The notes: a model not told the origin generated them from the sequence alone. Counted from the stretch's first letter, positions 39,801 to 54,800 are shown. The stretch is DNA of 64,000 nt from Chiloscyllium plagiosum (GCF_004010195.1 NC_057728.1:45231419-45295418), one strand, 5' to 3'. A program made the numbers and translations.

Positions 39801-42800
39801 GATTGCTCCTTTAACTACCTTGACAGCATAGAAGGCATTGATAACTGTGGGCTTCTTCAAACCCTGAAGTTACAAAACAACAATCTTTCTGAGGTAACGT
39901 GCAGTTATGGTTACAATAAGTTGAAGTCACAATTAGCAGCCTTGTTTTCTTTATGTTTTACAACTGGGTTACATACAGTGTCACAATATGTGATATGATC
40001 AAAATATTTTGATCTCAAACTAAAACAGAAATTGCTGGGAGAACTCAGCATGTCTGACAGCACCTGTGAAGAAAACGTTTCGGGTCCAATGACTTTTCTT
40101 CAGAACTCAGATTTTTAAAAAAAATTGATGTCGCTGTAAACTGTTTTTAAAAAAGTAAAATACTTCCCTGCAGACTTTGAATGATGGCCATTTTGTTGAT
40201 GAGCATGTGGCATCTTTGCTCCATATGTGGCGGGTAAATGGTGCAGGTGTGAGATTATATTTCAGCACTCCCTTAACTGGTGACTACTGGCAGGCATGAC
40301 AAGCTGCCTGGCTTTGTATTTAGATTAAAAGACAAATTAAGACTGTAGCACAGTGAGCACTTCAGCTCTGGGTGAGAGGGAAAAATGCGAAAAGGATATA
40401 GTGAGCAATGAAGTGGATGAATATAAAGTGTGCAAATGAGGATCCCCATGATACAGCCTGTCCAATCCATCTCACACATGTTTCCCAACTTTCTTACGAA
40501 TGCCCATGTCATTCTGTGCCTGAAAAGGTTCCACTCTGAATCTTGTCATTATTTATTTACAAATGCTCTACCATCTTAGCCGAAGACACACTGTGATTAA
40601 TCGTGGAAATCTGTAAATTTCTATCCAATTAAGCTGCTTGTCCTTTAGCTTCTCATAAGTAGCATTTCACCCTCTTGCTCAAAAAATAATGATACAGAAA
40701 ACCTAGGTTGGCTGTCTTACCAATGAAGTGCACTCAATGGCATGAAGCTACATTATTTCACCATGAATGTGAACTAAACTCATCACTAAAAGTTATGTTG
40801 TGTCCATTTCAGTCAAAGGAACTTTTTAATGATTCAATTATTGCTAATTGCTGCCACTAAAAATTAACTGTTTCTGGTGTGGAATCCCATCTGTTCAAGT
40901 TTTTATAGTTATTCAAACAAACAAAAATTGCTGCAGAGGTTTAGCAAATCTGGCAGCTTTTGTAGACAGAAAACAGATACCATTTGAAGTCGAGTGACCC
41001 TTTTTCAGAACTGGCTAGTTATACATCACTGGAGCAGGTAGGACTTGACCCAGGCCTCCTGGCCCAGATATATGGACACTAGCACTGCAGCACAAAAGTC
41101 CTATCCATGCAAATTAGATTAGATTACTTTACAGTGTGGAAACTGGCCCTTCGGCCCAACAAGTCCACACCGACCCGCCGAAGCGCACCCACCCAGACCC
41201 ATTCCCCTACATTTACCCCTGCACCTAACACTACAGGCAATTTAGCGTGGCCAATTCACCTAATCTGCACATTTTTGGAGTATGGGAGGAAACCGGAGCA
41301 CCCGGAGGAAACCCACGCAGACACGGGGAGAATGTGCAAACTCCACACAGTACCGAAATGTATAATACTTCCTTGTCAGTACTGGTGCAATTTCACAATC
41401 TTTCAATTTGATTGGTTAATTAAAGGCACAGTTCACTCAGAGCTCAGAATCCCAGTTTGCCTTGTTGCCACGTCATCAGCACCAACGTCAGCAGTACCGA
41501 AATGTATAATACTTCCTTGTCAGTACTGGTGCAATTTCACAATCTTTCAATTTGATTGGTTAATTAAAGGCACAGTTCACTCAGAACTCAGAATCCCAGT
41601 TTGCCTTGTTGCCACGTCATCAGCACCAACGTCAGCAACCTGCCATGCAATCATTATAAAAGTCTTAACTGTGAAAGAACATACACACCATTAGTTCTCC
41701 TGCCACAGTGAGTTATAACTAAATTTGTATTGCTGCCTCACAGCACCAGGGACCCGGATTCGATTTCAGCCTTGGGTGACTGTCTGTTTGGAGTTTGCAC
41801 ATTCTCCCAGTATTTGCATGGGTTTCCTCTGGGTGCTCCAGTTTCCTCCCACAGTCCAAAGATGTGCAGGTCAGGTGAATTGGCCATGCTAAATTGCCCA
41901 TAGTGTTAGGTGCATTAGTCAGGGGGAAATGGGTCTGGATGGGTTACTCTTCGGAGGGTCCGTGTGGATTTGTTGGGCTAAATGTCCTGTTTCCACACTG
42001 TAGAGAATCTAAACATTGATACACAATATTGCAATTTAAAAGAGCTTCGCAAAGCAAACTGTGCTTTACTGCTTTTTTCCCTTGATTGCAAATGTCAACC
42101 TTTACTCAATAGTAGCACTAAGTCAGGATGTTATGAGTTCAAACTCCACTCCAGAGGCAGAAGCAAATAATCCAGGTTGACATTGTGCAGTACCGAGAAA
42201 CCATCTTTTGGATGAGCCATAAAGCTAAGGACTTGTATGCTGATTCATGTAAATATAAAAGATCTTATTGTTTAAACAAGAGTAAGAGGCTTATCTATTG
42301 GGCTGACCAACACTTCTTTTTAACTCAACAAGCATCACATTATGCCATTATGTATTTCATTGTCTTATGGGGATTCTGGTCTATGCATTGGTTGCTACAT
42401 TTCCTGCAATACAACAGTATAACAATCAACAATAACTGAATTGGCTGTGAAGCATTTTTGGGACATGCTGAAATAATTTCTAAAGTCCCTCACATCAAGA
42501 ATGGAATGAGCTCTTAATATGTTCTATGTAAGTGAATACAAGTTTGTTCATAACTTCTGTATTTTTCTTTTTCATATCCTTAGGTCTTTCCTTTGTCATA
42601 TAGCAATGTATATGCATCGTTGAAAAGGAAAATAACAGCTTACATAAACTAATGTTATTTTTCATACTTATTATTTTTTTTAAATGTTCGCAGATTAACT
42701 TACTTTTATGTTTCACGTTTTTCAAAAAAGAGAATTCCTATGATCTTTTTACAATATATGTTAATGATATAGAAGATGGTATTAGCAATAACATTAGCAA

Positions 42801-45800
42801 ATTTGCTGATGATACCAAGCTGGGTGGCAGGGTGAAATGTGATGAGGATGTTAGGAGATTACAGGGTGACCTGGGCAAGTTAGGTCAGTGGTCAGATGCA
42901 TGGCAGATGCAGTTTAATGTGGATAAATGTATGGTTATCCACTTTGGTGGCAAGAACAGGAAAGCAGATTACTACCTAAATGGAATCAATTTAGGTAAAG
43001 GGGCAGTACAGAGAGATCTAGGTGTTCTTGTACAACAGTCAATGAAGATAAGCATGCAGGTACAGCAGGTACTGAAGAAGGCTAATAGCATGCTGGCCTT
43101 CATAACAAGAGGGATTGAGTATAGAAGCAAAGAGGTTCTTCTGCAGCTGTACAGGGCCCTGGTGAGACCACACCTGTACTGTGTGCAGTTCTGATCTCCA
43201 AATTTGAGGAAAGACATTCTGGCTATTGAGGGAGTGCAGCGTGGGTTCACGAGGTCAATTCCTGGAATGACGGGATTACCTTACACTGAAAGACTGGAGC
43301 GACTGGGCTTGTATACCCTTGAGTTTAGAAGACTGAGAGGGGATCTGATTGACACATATAAGATTATTAAAGGATTGGATACTCTGGAGGCAGGAAACAT
43401 GTTTCCGCTGATGGGTGAGTGCCGAACCAGAGGACACAGCTTAAAAATACGGGGTAGACCATTTAGGACAGAGATGAGGAGAAACTTCTTCACCCAGAGA
43501 CTGGTGGCTGTGTGGAATGCTCTGCCCCAGAAGGCAGTGGAGGCCCAGTCTCTGGATTCATTTAAGAAAGAGTTGGATAGAGCTCTCAAGGATTGTGGAA
43601 TCACGGGTTATGGAGATAAGGCAGGAACAGGATACTGATTAAGGATGATCAGCTATGATCATGTTGAATGGTGGTGCAGGCTCGAAGGGCAGAATGGCCT
43701 ACTCCTGCACCTATTGTCTATTGGCTGCATTATTTGGCCATTACTAGTTGCCAATTTCCCTGAGATGATGATGATGATAGGTTGCTCATTGAGCCACAAG
43801 TCATTGTGGTGATGTGTTATTACTATATTATATACAGAATATATCTCACAAATTCCAGATGTGTAAAGTTAGATAAGCTGCTTTATAAGAATGTGAATGC
43901 TTAATAACTCAGCATCCTGCACTGATACTTCATTTCAAGTCCATTTAATGTACTATATGTATTTTCAATACTTAACAGTTGTTCTTTAGCACTAAAATAA
44001 TGATTGATTCTCCTGTACTCGCGCACATTGAGCTGTGTGCCATATAACACTATTGTTTGGCATGTATTCTTTCTGTTGGTGTGAATCTGGTTCCATTAAA
44101 AAAGAAAGTTCAGATGAGGAGACATTTCTTCACCCAAAGAGTAGTGAGTCTGTGGAATTCATTACCACAGGAAGCAGTTGATGCCAAAACATTGAATGTA
44201 TTCCAGAGGCGGCGAGATATAGCATTTGGGGCAAATGGGATCAAAGGTCATGGGGAGAAAGCAGGATTAGGCTACTGAGTTGGGCAATTGGTCATGATCG
44301 TGATAAATGGCAGAGCAGGCTCGAAGGGCTGAATGACCTTCTCTGCTCCTGTGTTCTATGTTTGTATGTCTGAGGTAATAATCTTTGCATGAATATATCT
44401 ATAACAGATAGACATACCCAGGCACATGTCTTCTCTTTGACTTTCTTTGTCTCATTCTATTTTCTTTCTCTATTTCTTTGTATGGACCTGTCTGCCTGTC
44501 CAGTTCCTTAAAAATTTAACTCCAGATTCTTACAGCTTGACCTGATTATGTTACATTTCTTTTAAAAGCCAGCAATTCCTTGGACAAGCTGAAAAGGGTT
44601 TGGAACTTTGGCATCTTTTATTATCTCCTCAGTCTTTTTTTTAATTCAGTTTCTCCCTTATCTGATTTTGAGTTTGATGGTTGGCAGGAAGGCGAAGAGG
44701 GGAGCCCTAGGATTAATGGAATCATATTTTAGAAAGAGACAGTCAGGAAGAAAGAGACATATTTGAAATTAAATAGCACAGGAGCAACATGGGATGGGAT
44801 ACACATGTGAAGAAGTGTTTCTAAGCATTTTTTTCCCCTTGAGATGCAGAATTTGGCATTAGTTATGTGTTTGAAAAATCATTGACAAATAGACAGTTGT
44901 GCCACCAGGTGAAGTAGATGCAGAATGGTTGCCTGTGAATAAGAATAAATTGGATCTGTTCCACAAGCTACAGGAGAGTAAAATAGTTACAAGTCAGAAT
45001 AAATGAACTTGAAATAAAGTATCAGTGCAGGATGCTGAGTTATTAAGGTAGAAAGGTGAACCATGCATTTAGGGGTCCCAGGTGAGAAGATAGGGTTATG
45101 GAATAGAGATGTTTGATGCTGTCACCTTATGATAGAAGGACAATTAGTAATAAGACCATGATTGACATGTTAAGTAATTTATCTTGCTTTATAAATATTG
45201 CCCCATAAATAATGATACAGGAAATATGAAATAAGCAGTCATAAAATGTGTGCTATTCATTCAAGAGTTAATCTGTTGAATTTCATTTAGAAAGAGAGAA
45301 ATAAGTAAAATTTGCTGAAGCTGCATCCCATCTCTCCCTTTCTCTCTAATGAGATCATTAGAACCAAAGCCAGCATTGGTCCAGACTGCTCTATATTGGT
45401 TTAATCCCATCAAGTCATGGATTTGTAGAAACACCAGCTCTTTAAACTAATATTCTGATAGGTTGAAATCAGACTCATCGAGGAATGCACTCTTCCCTCT
45501 CAGCTCTTACCACCCATTGCTGGAAAATTGTACACCATCTAATATTGCAATAGTAGCTACAATATTACCTGTAGCTTTCATTTGGTTAGGAATTGTCTTC
45601 GGAGCTAAAATTTGCCTGGTAACTTGTGGGTTCAATATTGTAGAAATTGGCAGGTTTTGCGCAATATGATAGCTGAGTTAACTAACTGAAAGGACAAAGA
45701 CAGTGGACACTTATTCAATGAAAAACCAATACACAAAAAATATGATCACAGCAGATTGCTTTGTAAAATAAAAATCAGAAATGTGCTATTTTCTCGAACA

Positions 45801-48800
45801 CTCTTCTTCTTTCCGACAGCTTCCCAAATTTCGAAATCATGTGTTACTGCGAGAGTTATATCTGGATGATAACAGCATCTCATCTCTCAAGGTGCTATCT
45901 GAATACTGGTTACCAATGCTTCAACATCTCTCTGTTTCTCAGAACAGGTATGTTCTGAAATAACAAGAACCATAAATAATTGAAAATGTTCTAAAATTAG
46001 GTTTTATACATCTGGTGCATAGAGTAGCATTTTACTTTTATTGTACTCAGTTTCTTAAAATTGGATAAAGATTGTCAACGATATAAATGTTCTCAATGCA
46101 GTGCATGATATTAAGTATTTTAATTGTTTTGAGGCAAATCAGTTTGGACCCTTGTTACAAAGAAAGAGTGTCCTTTTGTTACTCTTTGCATTGCTCTTCG
46201 ATTGTTCTCTATTCTATACAATGTTCAGAAAACTCAACCTGCTGTTGCCAACTACCTCTGAGATTAAAAACAGAAATTACTGGAAAAGTTCAGCATGTCT
46301 GGCAGTACTGAGGAAGGGTCACTCAACCCGCAACATTAACTCTGATTTTTCTCCACAGATACTGCCAAACCTTTTCCTGTTTTTGTTTCTGATTTACAGC
46401 ATTTGCAGTTTTTTTGGTTCTTACCTCTGAGATTTAAGTTTTATTCCTGATGCCATGATAGAATAGACACTGGGGTGATTTGTAGAAACACCAGCTCTTT
46501 AAATTAATATTCTGATAGGCTGAAATCTAGACTCATCTAGGAATGCACTCTTCCCTCTCAGGGGATGTTTTGTGAAATCCTGAGTTGAGACCAGGCCTCT
46601 GCCATTCTGAGTCACTCATACTTGACAAAATGACTCAATCTGATAGGACATCATCATGTAAAAGTGGGGCTGCTCTCGTCTGAAATTATCTACAATAAAG
46701 TTACATTCTATTCATTTCTGATCACTATTTATAGTGCTAATTTCCATTGGCTTAATTATATCTTGACATTTTTGGCAAACAATTTTAAGTTTAAAATAGA
46801 AGGTTTTGTCTGCCAGGCATTTATTTGTCAATTTTTATTGAAATTGTTCCAATGAACACCCTTTTGTTTAAGTTGGAGAAAGAAAATTGACAGGAGGAAG
46901 TGAGACAGAAGCATATCTTCTTTAAGATATTGGAGGGAAACTGCCTTCACAGGTTATATTTAATTATGAGACAATGATGCTATGATTTAACTACAGACAG
47001 ACTGTTCCACATGGGAGTTAATAGTTGTAGCTGGCAAATTTACAGCAGCTGTAAATATTTACACTTGTGCCTTAGTTGAATCAGCCTCAAGAAATGTCGG
47101 TCAGCATTCCATTTACTGATTTATCAAGCAGAGATTGAAGCATTATTCATCCGGATCACAGAATGATGAGGTTTTATTATTAGCAGCCGTATGACCCAGG
47201 GACCTCCCTATAGAATCCCACACTTTTCTCATCTTCAAGGGCTTTTTTTTTGCCTGTTACTGTGCAGATTTGCTGTCTGTGACCATAACAACCTGCTGGT
47301 GCAAGTGAATCTCTGCTTTCTAGAGAGCAGACAGGCTATCTTCATTTAATGTAATACAGCATATCAACATTTCTAGGTGTAAACAAGAATATAAAATGGC
47401 TCTGAGAATATCTAGGGTACTTGATGATCAGGAGGCAGTAAAGGTCAGTGAGGACACATGTCTTGGTGTGGTTTCAGGGTGGGACTAGAAATTGACAGCA
47501 AAGTTTTCTGTAGCTTGAATTCGGGGATGTTATGGAAATGGAAATAGGTAACAATGGAGCAGATAGACAATTAGACTTTCTGTTCAGGGTTGAATAGGAT
47601 GCTAAAGTTTGACACTGAGCAGTGGAGTTACTGGTGAGGCCATGTGATTTGTGTTGGGATAAAGGACAGTGGCACAGATGTTTTAAATGTTGGACAAATC
47701 AACTAAAGATCATCCAATATAAATATCACCCAGAAATCTTGTAGCAGTCAGATAGTTGTGGCAGTCAGAATTCACAGCAAGGTCCTTTAACGTGCTCTGA
47801 TGGGGACTTTGCAAGATTTGAGAAGCTGTGGAATGAGGGACATTTGTTGGAAATGCTCTATGTTCAGGTCAGAGTGGACATAGGTGGGACTAGATTGGGT
47901 TGGGATATCTGGTCGGCATGGACGGGTTGGACCGAAGGGTCTGTTTCTACGCTGTATATCTCTATGACTCTAAGGGGTATGTGTGCGGAACATGACAAAT
48001 CTGTATTGTATAATTTAATTGATCCTATTAAACTTGAAGGGCTAGCATGAAATCTGTTTGCAATAATTGAAGTTTAAATGATCTTTAAAATTTAAAATCA
48101 GGTTGTCTTGATTCCAAGCCTGTAATGTGAGTAATGTTGTATAACCGATATTGTTAAAGGAACTGAATGAATGAAAACCAGTAAGATTGCATTCTAGATA
48201 AAATTAAATATTCAATTGATAAGGTTAAATTTGTAACAAGCATGCCAACGGGTTGGTTATTTGTAAACCGAGAAGTTGCTGTAGGTGTAGTTATCATTTC
48301 ATTAGTCGTGAGAGGACCAGAGAACAGAGAACTGACTATGTAGGTATTTCTAAGCAACCAGTTCAAACACGTAATCACACATCTCTGGAGTATGTGGGAC
48401 TTGAACCATCTTTCCAGTCCACTACACGACCTGTATCTCTATCTATGAAAATGATCAAAACATGATGAGGCTGTCAAGAGACAACTGGCCAGTCTGAGGG
48501 TCTAGAAGGAAGCTTTGGCCTATCTGGAGCAGATCATGTGAGTAGCAAACACCAAGTGAAGTGTAAGGAACTATGCCGCAATATGATCGCTAGCTAACTC
48601 ATGATTTAGGAAGCTATTTGGAGACCAGAAGGAGATAATGATCACTCCCTCTGTTCTGACTCTCCGACAAGCCCAGGTAACCTTGCATATCTGGATGCAT
48701 GAGTACAGATATTTCTAATCAGAGTTTAGAAATGATATGACACACCTCTGGAGTAGGAGTCACCTAGCCCAGAGGTAGGGACACTACCATTACACCATAG

Positions 48801-51800
48801 GAGCCATAAATCTGAAAATGTAAATTTCTTTTCGAGTGCCGAATAAACATATTGTGCATAAACAATAATTTGGGAGTCTTAAATCCTTAGTATCCAGAAT
48901 AAACCTCTGAACCATAAATAGTATATTAATTTACAAAATACAGAGAAACCTTGATTATCTGAACATCGATTATCTGAATTTCAGATTATCCAAACAAGAT
49001 CTTCAGGTCCCGAATGTGTTATCCGAACATTCGATAATCCAAACAAAATACTCCCTATCTGTTTCATTTGGATAATCGAGGTTTCTCTGTACATTTTTAT
49101 TGTAGGTTACAAGTCACCTCTCTAGGCTATCCAAGTTCATGTATCAGAAGCAGGCTACCTTTGCTCTCCAGGATTGAGCTGGCATAATATGCAGGTTTGC
49201 CAGAGGAGTATAAGTCCGGCTAGAGTTTAATGTGGACCAGCAAAGTCTTCCCATAGTGCATCCTTGTGAATTGGCAGAGTACTGCATAATGTACTGGATA
49301 TGAGGCATGGATTGGCATGACACAAAGTAGGCATGGGCCTATAAGCTAGGAGAAAAAGAGGACTGCAGGTGCTGGAGATCAGAGTTGAGAGTGTGGTGCT
49401 GGAAAAGCAGAGCAGGTCACGCAGCATCCGAGGAGCAGGAGAATCAATGTTTCGGGAGTCCTGATGAAGGGTTCATGCTCAAAACGTTGATTCTCCTGCT
49501 CCTTGGATGCTGCCTGACCTGCTCTGCGTTTCTAGCACTACACTTTCGACGTGGGCCTAGAAAGAATTGTGTGAGATAGATGGAGGGGCATAGCTGTAAT
49601 GGAGGAAATGAGGGGCCATACAGGTGCACACGAGTATAGACTGATGTAAAGGTTATGAGGGGCATCAGGTGGTATGGTTTGGTATGGAGTGTATGGGGAG
49701 TAATAAGAAGCCAGAGCAGTGTTTCTTTTGGACAACATCCACAAAGTGTCCATGTTAAGAAGCAGGCCTTTGCCTAGTCACCTCCATATCTTATTCCAGT
49801 GCCTCCCTGTCTGACCATCAATGTAACCACTCTGCATTGGTGTCAATACTACCTTGTGCAAGTAATCATTCAAATATAAGGATTTGGAGTATAATTGCTA
49901 CAATATGCTTGTTCACATCAGGCTGCTTTGTGTCCAGTTAACAATATGCAAGTACAGTATGTAGCTTGTGTGTCAGTTTCTTTCTTATGTGCATTATTTG
50001 GTAAAACAAATGCATACAGGGATTTGGTAAGCAAAACCAATTAAATCCTTGTCTCTTCCACTTTTAGGGAGTGTTTCAACAGATCTGTGACTGAGACATG
50101 AAGGACAAAAGCCCAGAACCAATTAAAACTTTGCCAGTGATTTATGTAGTGGAACTCTGTGTGTAGATCATCCCAAATTTGACAGCTAGAAAGCTGAGTT
50201 TAAACAGGAACTGATCTTTATCAGTGATGAATAAGCCTTAATAAGAATGTTTTGGACAAATTATAAAGTAGATATTAAACAGAAGTAAGAACTTGTTGAA
50301 ATTTTCCTTTAATGGTCCTATTTTCAGGAAAAGTGGTGACTTTAAAACTCTTTGCAGTTACTTGAAAAGCTATATTATTAAATTGCTGAGTTTTCAATAC
50401 CCATAAGGTGTAACATGATAAAATTATAGTGGTTCATTAGAAAACATCTTGCATCTGATAGATTATTTTTGTTCAAACTTCTCTGTTAGTTCATTATAAG
50501 TAACTGTTATTTCTAGATCAAAAGCTGCTAGTTAAGATATTTTATTTGACCTGAGGTTGATTAGGCTCTATGGTTGTAAATGGATACAGTTCTTAGTAGC
50601 CTTGTAACTCCACAAAATGGTAGCAATTTGCACCTTCCTTCCAATGGAGTTTGAATGTTCGTTTATAGTAAATTACCAAGGAATAATAGCATAGAAAGAG
50701 AAAGATGGTCAGTTGAGGCTGTCCTGTCTTTCTGTAAGAGTGCTGGTCCCATTTCATGCACTTTATTTGTAGCACTGATTTTTTTTCTCTCTCTGGATGC
50801 TTATCCAATTCCCTTTTAAAAATGATAATTGAGTCTGGCTCCACCACACTCTCAGGCAGTGTATTGCAGATGTAACCACTCAAGTTTTTTTCTCATCTCA
50901 CTGTCTTTTGCTAATCATGTTACAATAATACCTCTGGTCATTTATCTTTCTGCCAATGGATACATTTACTACCTACTCTCCCTAAACTGCTCAATGTTTT
51001 GAATATCATGATCAGATTTCTTCTCAAAGGTGAATGACCACAACTTAGATTAGAATAGAATATCCTGTGTAATCAAATTGCAGAAGTACAGTGAAAAGCT
51101 TTGACAATGTCTGCCTCTTATGGCATCATTTTAGGTACAAGTACCTTGATACAGTCTTGGATACAGGAATAAAAAGTAGTTGCATTAGAGTTTACAAACA
51201 AGACAGCGTTAAAGTATTGACTTTACAGTCAGGTAATAAAAAATTCAAATAATCGTTACATTTTAGCAACTCAGCACATGGTCTGACAGTCCACACCAGA
51301 CCCCAGTCTACACCGTCGCAGCACTTAGCTGCTCTAAGGTAAGTTCAAGGACTGCCACCCCATGCCAGTCTCTGCCCGGGACTCGCTGCCCTCGTGCCGC
51401 TCCGGGACTCGCTGCCCTATGTGCAGCTCTGGCGTTCATAGCCGAAGCAGTGTTCCAGGGCTTGCTCTGCATGTGCTGTAATCTATCCCTGTAACTTATG
51501 TTTCTTGTCCCTGGAAGTGTTTATGTAAATATTTTCTGTACTCTCCATAATTCCTTCACATTTTCCTGATGTGTGATGCAGATGTTTTACACACAACTCC
51601 AAACGGTGTAAACCAATGTTTTATGAAAATTAACCAATTACTTCCATGCGCCTATAAAACCTTGGGTACTTTTTAGCCACTTCTAAACCTGTCCTGTTTT
51701 ACCTTCAGTGTTTTGCATATACCAAACATAGTCAAAGAGATGTACAGCACGGAAACAGACCCTTCGGTCCAACTCGTACGTGCTGACCAGATATCCCAAC

Positions 51801-54800
51801 CTAATCTAAACCCATATGCCAGCACTCAGCCCATATCCCTGTAAACCCTTCCTATTCATGTACCCATCCAGATGCTTTTTAAATGTTGTAATTGTACCAA
51901 CCTCCACCAGCTCCTCTGGCAGCTCCTTCTTGCAGGAATGTTGTGATACTTGAAAGGGCTCAGAAAAGACTGATAAAGATGTTGCTAGGGTTGGAGGGTT
52001 TGAGCTACAGGAAGAGGCTGAATAGTCTGGGGCTGTTGTCCCTGGAGCATCGGAGGCTGAGGAGTGACCTTATAGAGGTTTATAAAATTATGAGGGGCAT
52101 GGATAGGGTAAACAGACAAGATATTTTCCTTGGTTTTGGGGAGTCCAAAGCTAGAGAGTTTAGATTTAGAGTGAAAGTGGAAAGATTTAAAAAGGACCTA
52201 AGGGGCAGAGGGTGGTGTGCATATGGAATGAGCATGACTCTTCTTACAATTCCTTTGAAATTGTGCCATTTATGTTCCCTCTCTCACTTCATACTTTCTG
52301 CATTTAATTTTATCTGCCATGAACCATCAATTTCAACAGCGAGTCCATGCCCTCTTGAAACATTCCACTATCATTATTTTATATTAGCTGCCAGTCTCAT
52401 GTCATAGTTTCCCCTTTACTTCTAGTTTACTTTTTCAGTGGACCCCCCCACCACACTTCCTTATGTCATGTCCATTGTCCGTACAAACAGTGCCTGTGAG
52501 CAAGGGAACCCCCATCTTTTGTAGGCCACTGGATTTTCTGAGGTAGCCTTCCCGTAACCTGATTCCTTAACACACAGCTGGTTAAATACCAGAAGCACTG
52601 GTATAAGGCTCACACTTGAGGGCCTTTGTTGGTCTTTGGGTGGGAAGGCTACACTTCACCCTTTGTTTTGATTGGGGATTCAGAAAAGTTGTGGGGTTCT
52701 ACTATCTCATAAATCGAAGGCCCCAACCATCTGTTGAACCTGTCTTTGGCACAGAAAACTTCCAGATCAACTTATGGTGAGGCAAGACACTGCTATCGAG
52801 GTCTATATAGGACTTCAGAAGGCTCTTATAAGGAATTTCCAGGCTGAAGCAGAGGATGCTCTCTCAAAGACAAAGTAACAATGTCAGAGAGCAGAGAAGG
52901 CAGGTATGGAGAGGAAAAAATCAAGAACAGAACACTGTAAGTAGAAAGTGGAGAATGTCTTTGTGAATGGCGAGCAGAAAGGAGCAACATCTCCGTGAAA
53001 TTAAATGAGGAAGAATATCTCTTCAAATGGGAGTTTGGGAAGAGCTTCTCTATGAATAACAGTTGAAGCAGTTTTGTTAGTTTTCACTAATGGAAGCAAT
53101 TACAGAAGTTTTAATATCTAGGTTTGCGTCATATAGCACATAGCTGTCAGGAAACTACTGTCTGAATAATCCCAGCACCTTATTCCTTTTTAACTTAAAG
53201 TTGGCAAAGTAACTTCAATTTTCCTCATTATCATAAAACCATTACTTCATGTAGAGGAACTTTTTTCTACTATTCCAGGGTTGTAGCCTGCAGACTTCAC
53301 TCCTCCAAAGAAAAGATGGGTTAACAGCATCAGTCACAAAATGAACAAAAACTAGAGGTCTGCTTTCACTGAAACATTGTCCCTCTGGCGATAAACCTGC
53401 CCAGTTGTTTCTCCTTCATTCTGCCTCTATTGCTGTATCCAACAGACAAGAAAATTCTGCCCACGAGAGCTAATTAGACATTATTCAGTTGCCTTATTTT
53501 ACTTAGCTAGTGGTAGAACATTGTTCCACTAATAGCTACAACTTAGGTTTTCTTCAATCAGAACTTCTTTTATATGTTGGGAACAGGGAATTGTATCATC
53601 ACAAAAGATGCTACGTTGAAATGCATATGATTGAAGGTACTGGTGTTAGATTGGGGTGGACAAAGTCAGAAGTCACAAGACACCAGGTTGTAGTCCAACA
53701 GGTTTATTTGAAATCACAAACTTTCAGATGGCTGCTCCTTTGTCAGGTGAAGTCACCTTAAATATACAGTTCCCATCTTTTCTTGTCCCTCTTGCCCTAT
53801 TATTGTGACTCTTCCCTCTGCATCCCAATTTCATCCCTCTATTCCTCAGGATCCCTTCAGTATGTCTAACATCACACTCTTTCAAATTTCAATCCCTACA
53901 GTTTCTTTCCACCTAACCCACCTTCATTTCAATCTTTTTGATCACAACCCCCTTTCAGATTGACCACAGCTTATCTATTTTAGTCAGGTTTTCTGGCATT
54001 ATCTTGCGTGGCTGTCTCACCTGAGCAGACTTGTTGACCCAGTCAGACTTCCTCCCCCTTAGCACTATAAGCATTTAAGAACAATGTGCAAAGCTACATA
54101 TAACTGAAACTTGTCATGGGCAGGGAATGGCCTAATAGTATTATCGTTGGACTGTTAATCCAGAGACCCAGATAATGTTCCGGGAACCCGCGTTCAAATC
54201 CCGCCAAGGCAGCTGATGGAATTTGCATTCAGTTAAAAACAAATCTGGAATTCAGGGTCTAATGATGACCATGAATCCATTGTCAATTGTTGTAAAAGCC
54301 CATCTGGTTCACTAATGTCCTTCAGGGAAGGAAACTGCCATTCTTACCTGGTCTGGCTTACATGTGACTCCAGACCACATAGCAATGTGGTTGACTCTCA
54401 ACTCCCTCTGAGCAATTAGGGATGGGCAAAAAGTGCTGGCCCAGAAAGCGACACCCTCATCATGTGAATGAACTTTTAAAAATTAGCTGCTTGACCTAGT
54501 CTGGCTTCACAGTAAGCAGTTACTCAAAGGAACTGCTCAGTTATGAAGGAACCAAATTACTAAAAAAAGCCTGTACTCACAGTAGCTTGGAGGCAGAGGT
54601 CTATTCTGCCAGGTCTCTGCCTCTTATATACCATCAGGTTTGTGAACAAGGGTGTTTCATGTTTATTGCCTGACAAGATGGTACCAGTGAATGGAGTTCC
54701 AGCAAGCTCAGGTGGTAATGAATATCCATGACAAGCTAATGAATGCAGAAGGAGGTCAGGAATGCCCCCTGTAAGAAAGCTTGCAAGAATTTCACATTAT

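Noticed and set aside
41107..41694. 195-aa ORF with an internal 48-aa repeat
   Set aside because: Made of antisense SINE plus the 144-bp duplication, which preserves frame. Not a credible gene.
42652..43638. CR1 ORFs as an active retrotransposon
   Set aside because: 5'-truncated, lacks ORF1 and the endonuclease, and has an in-frame stop.
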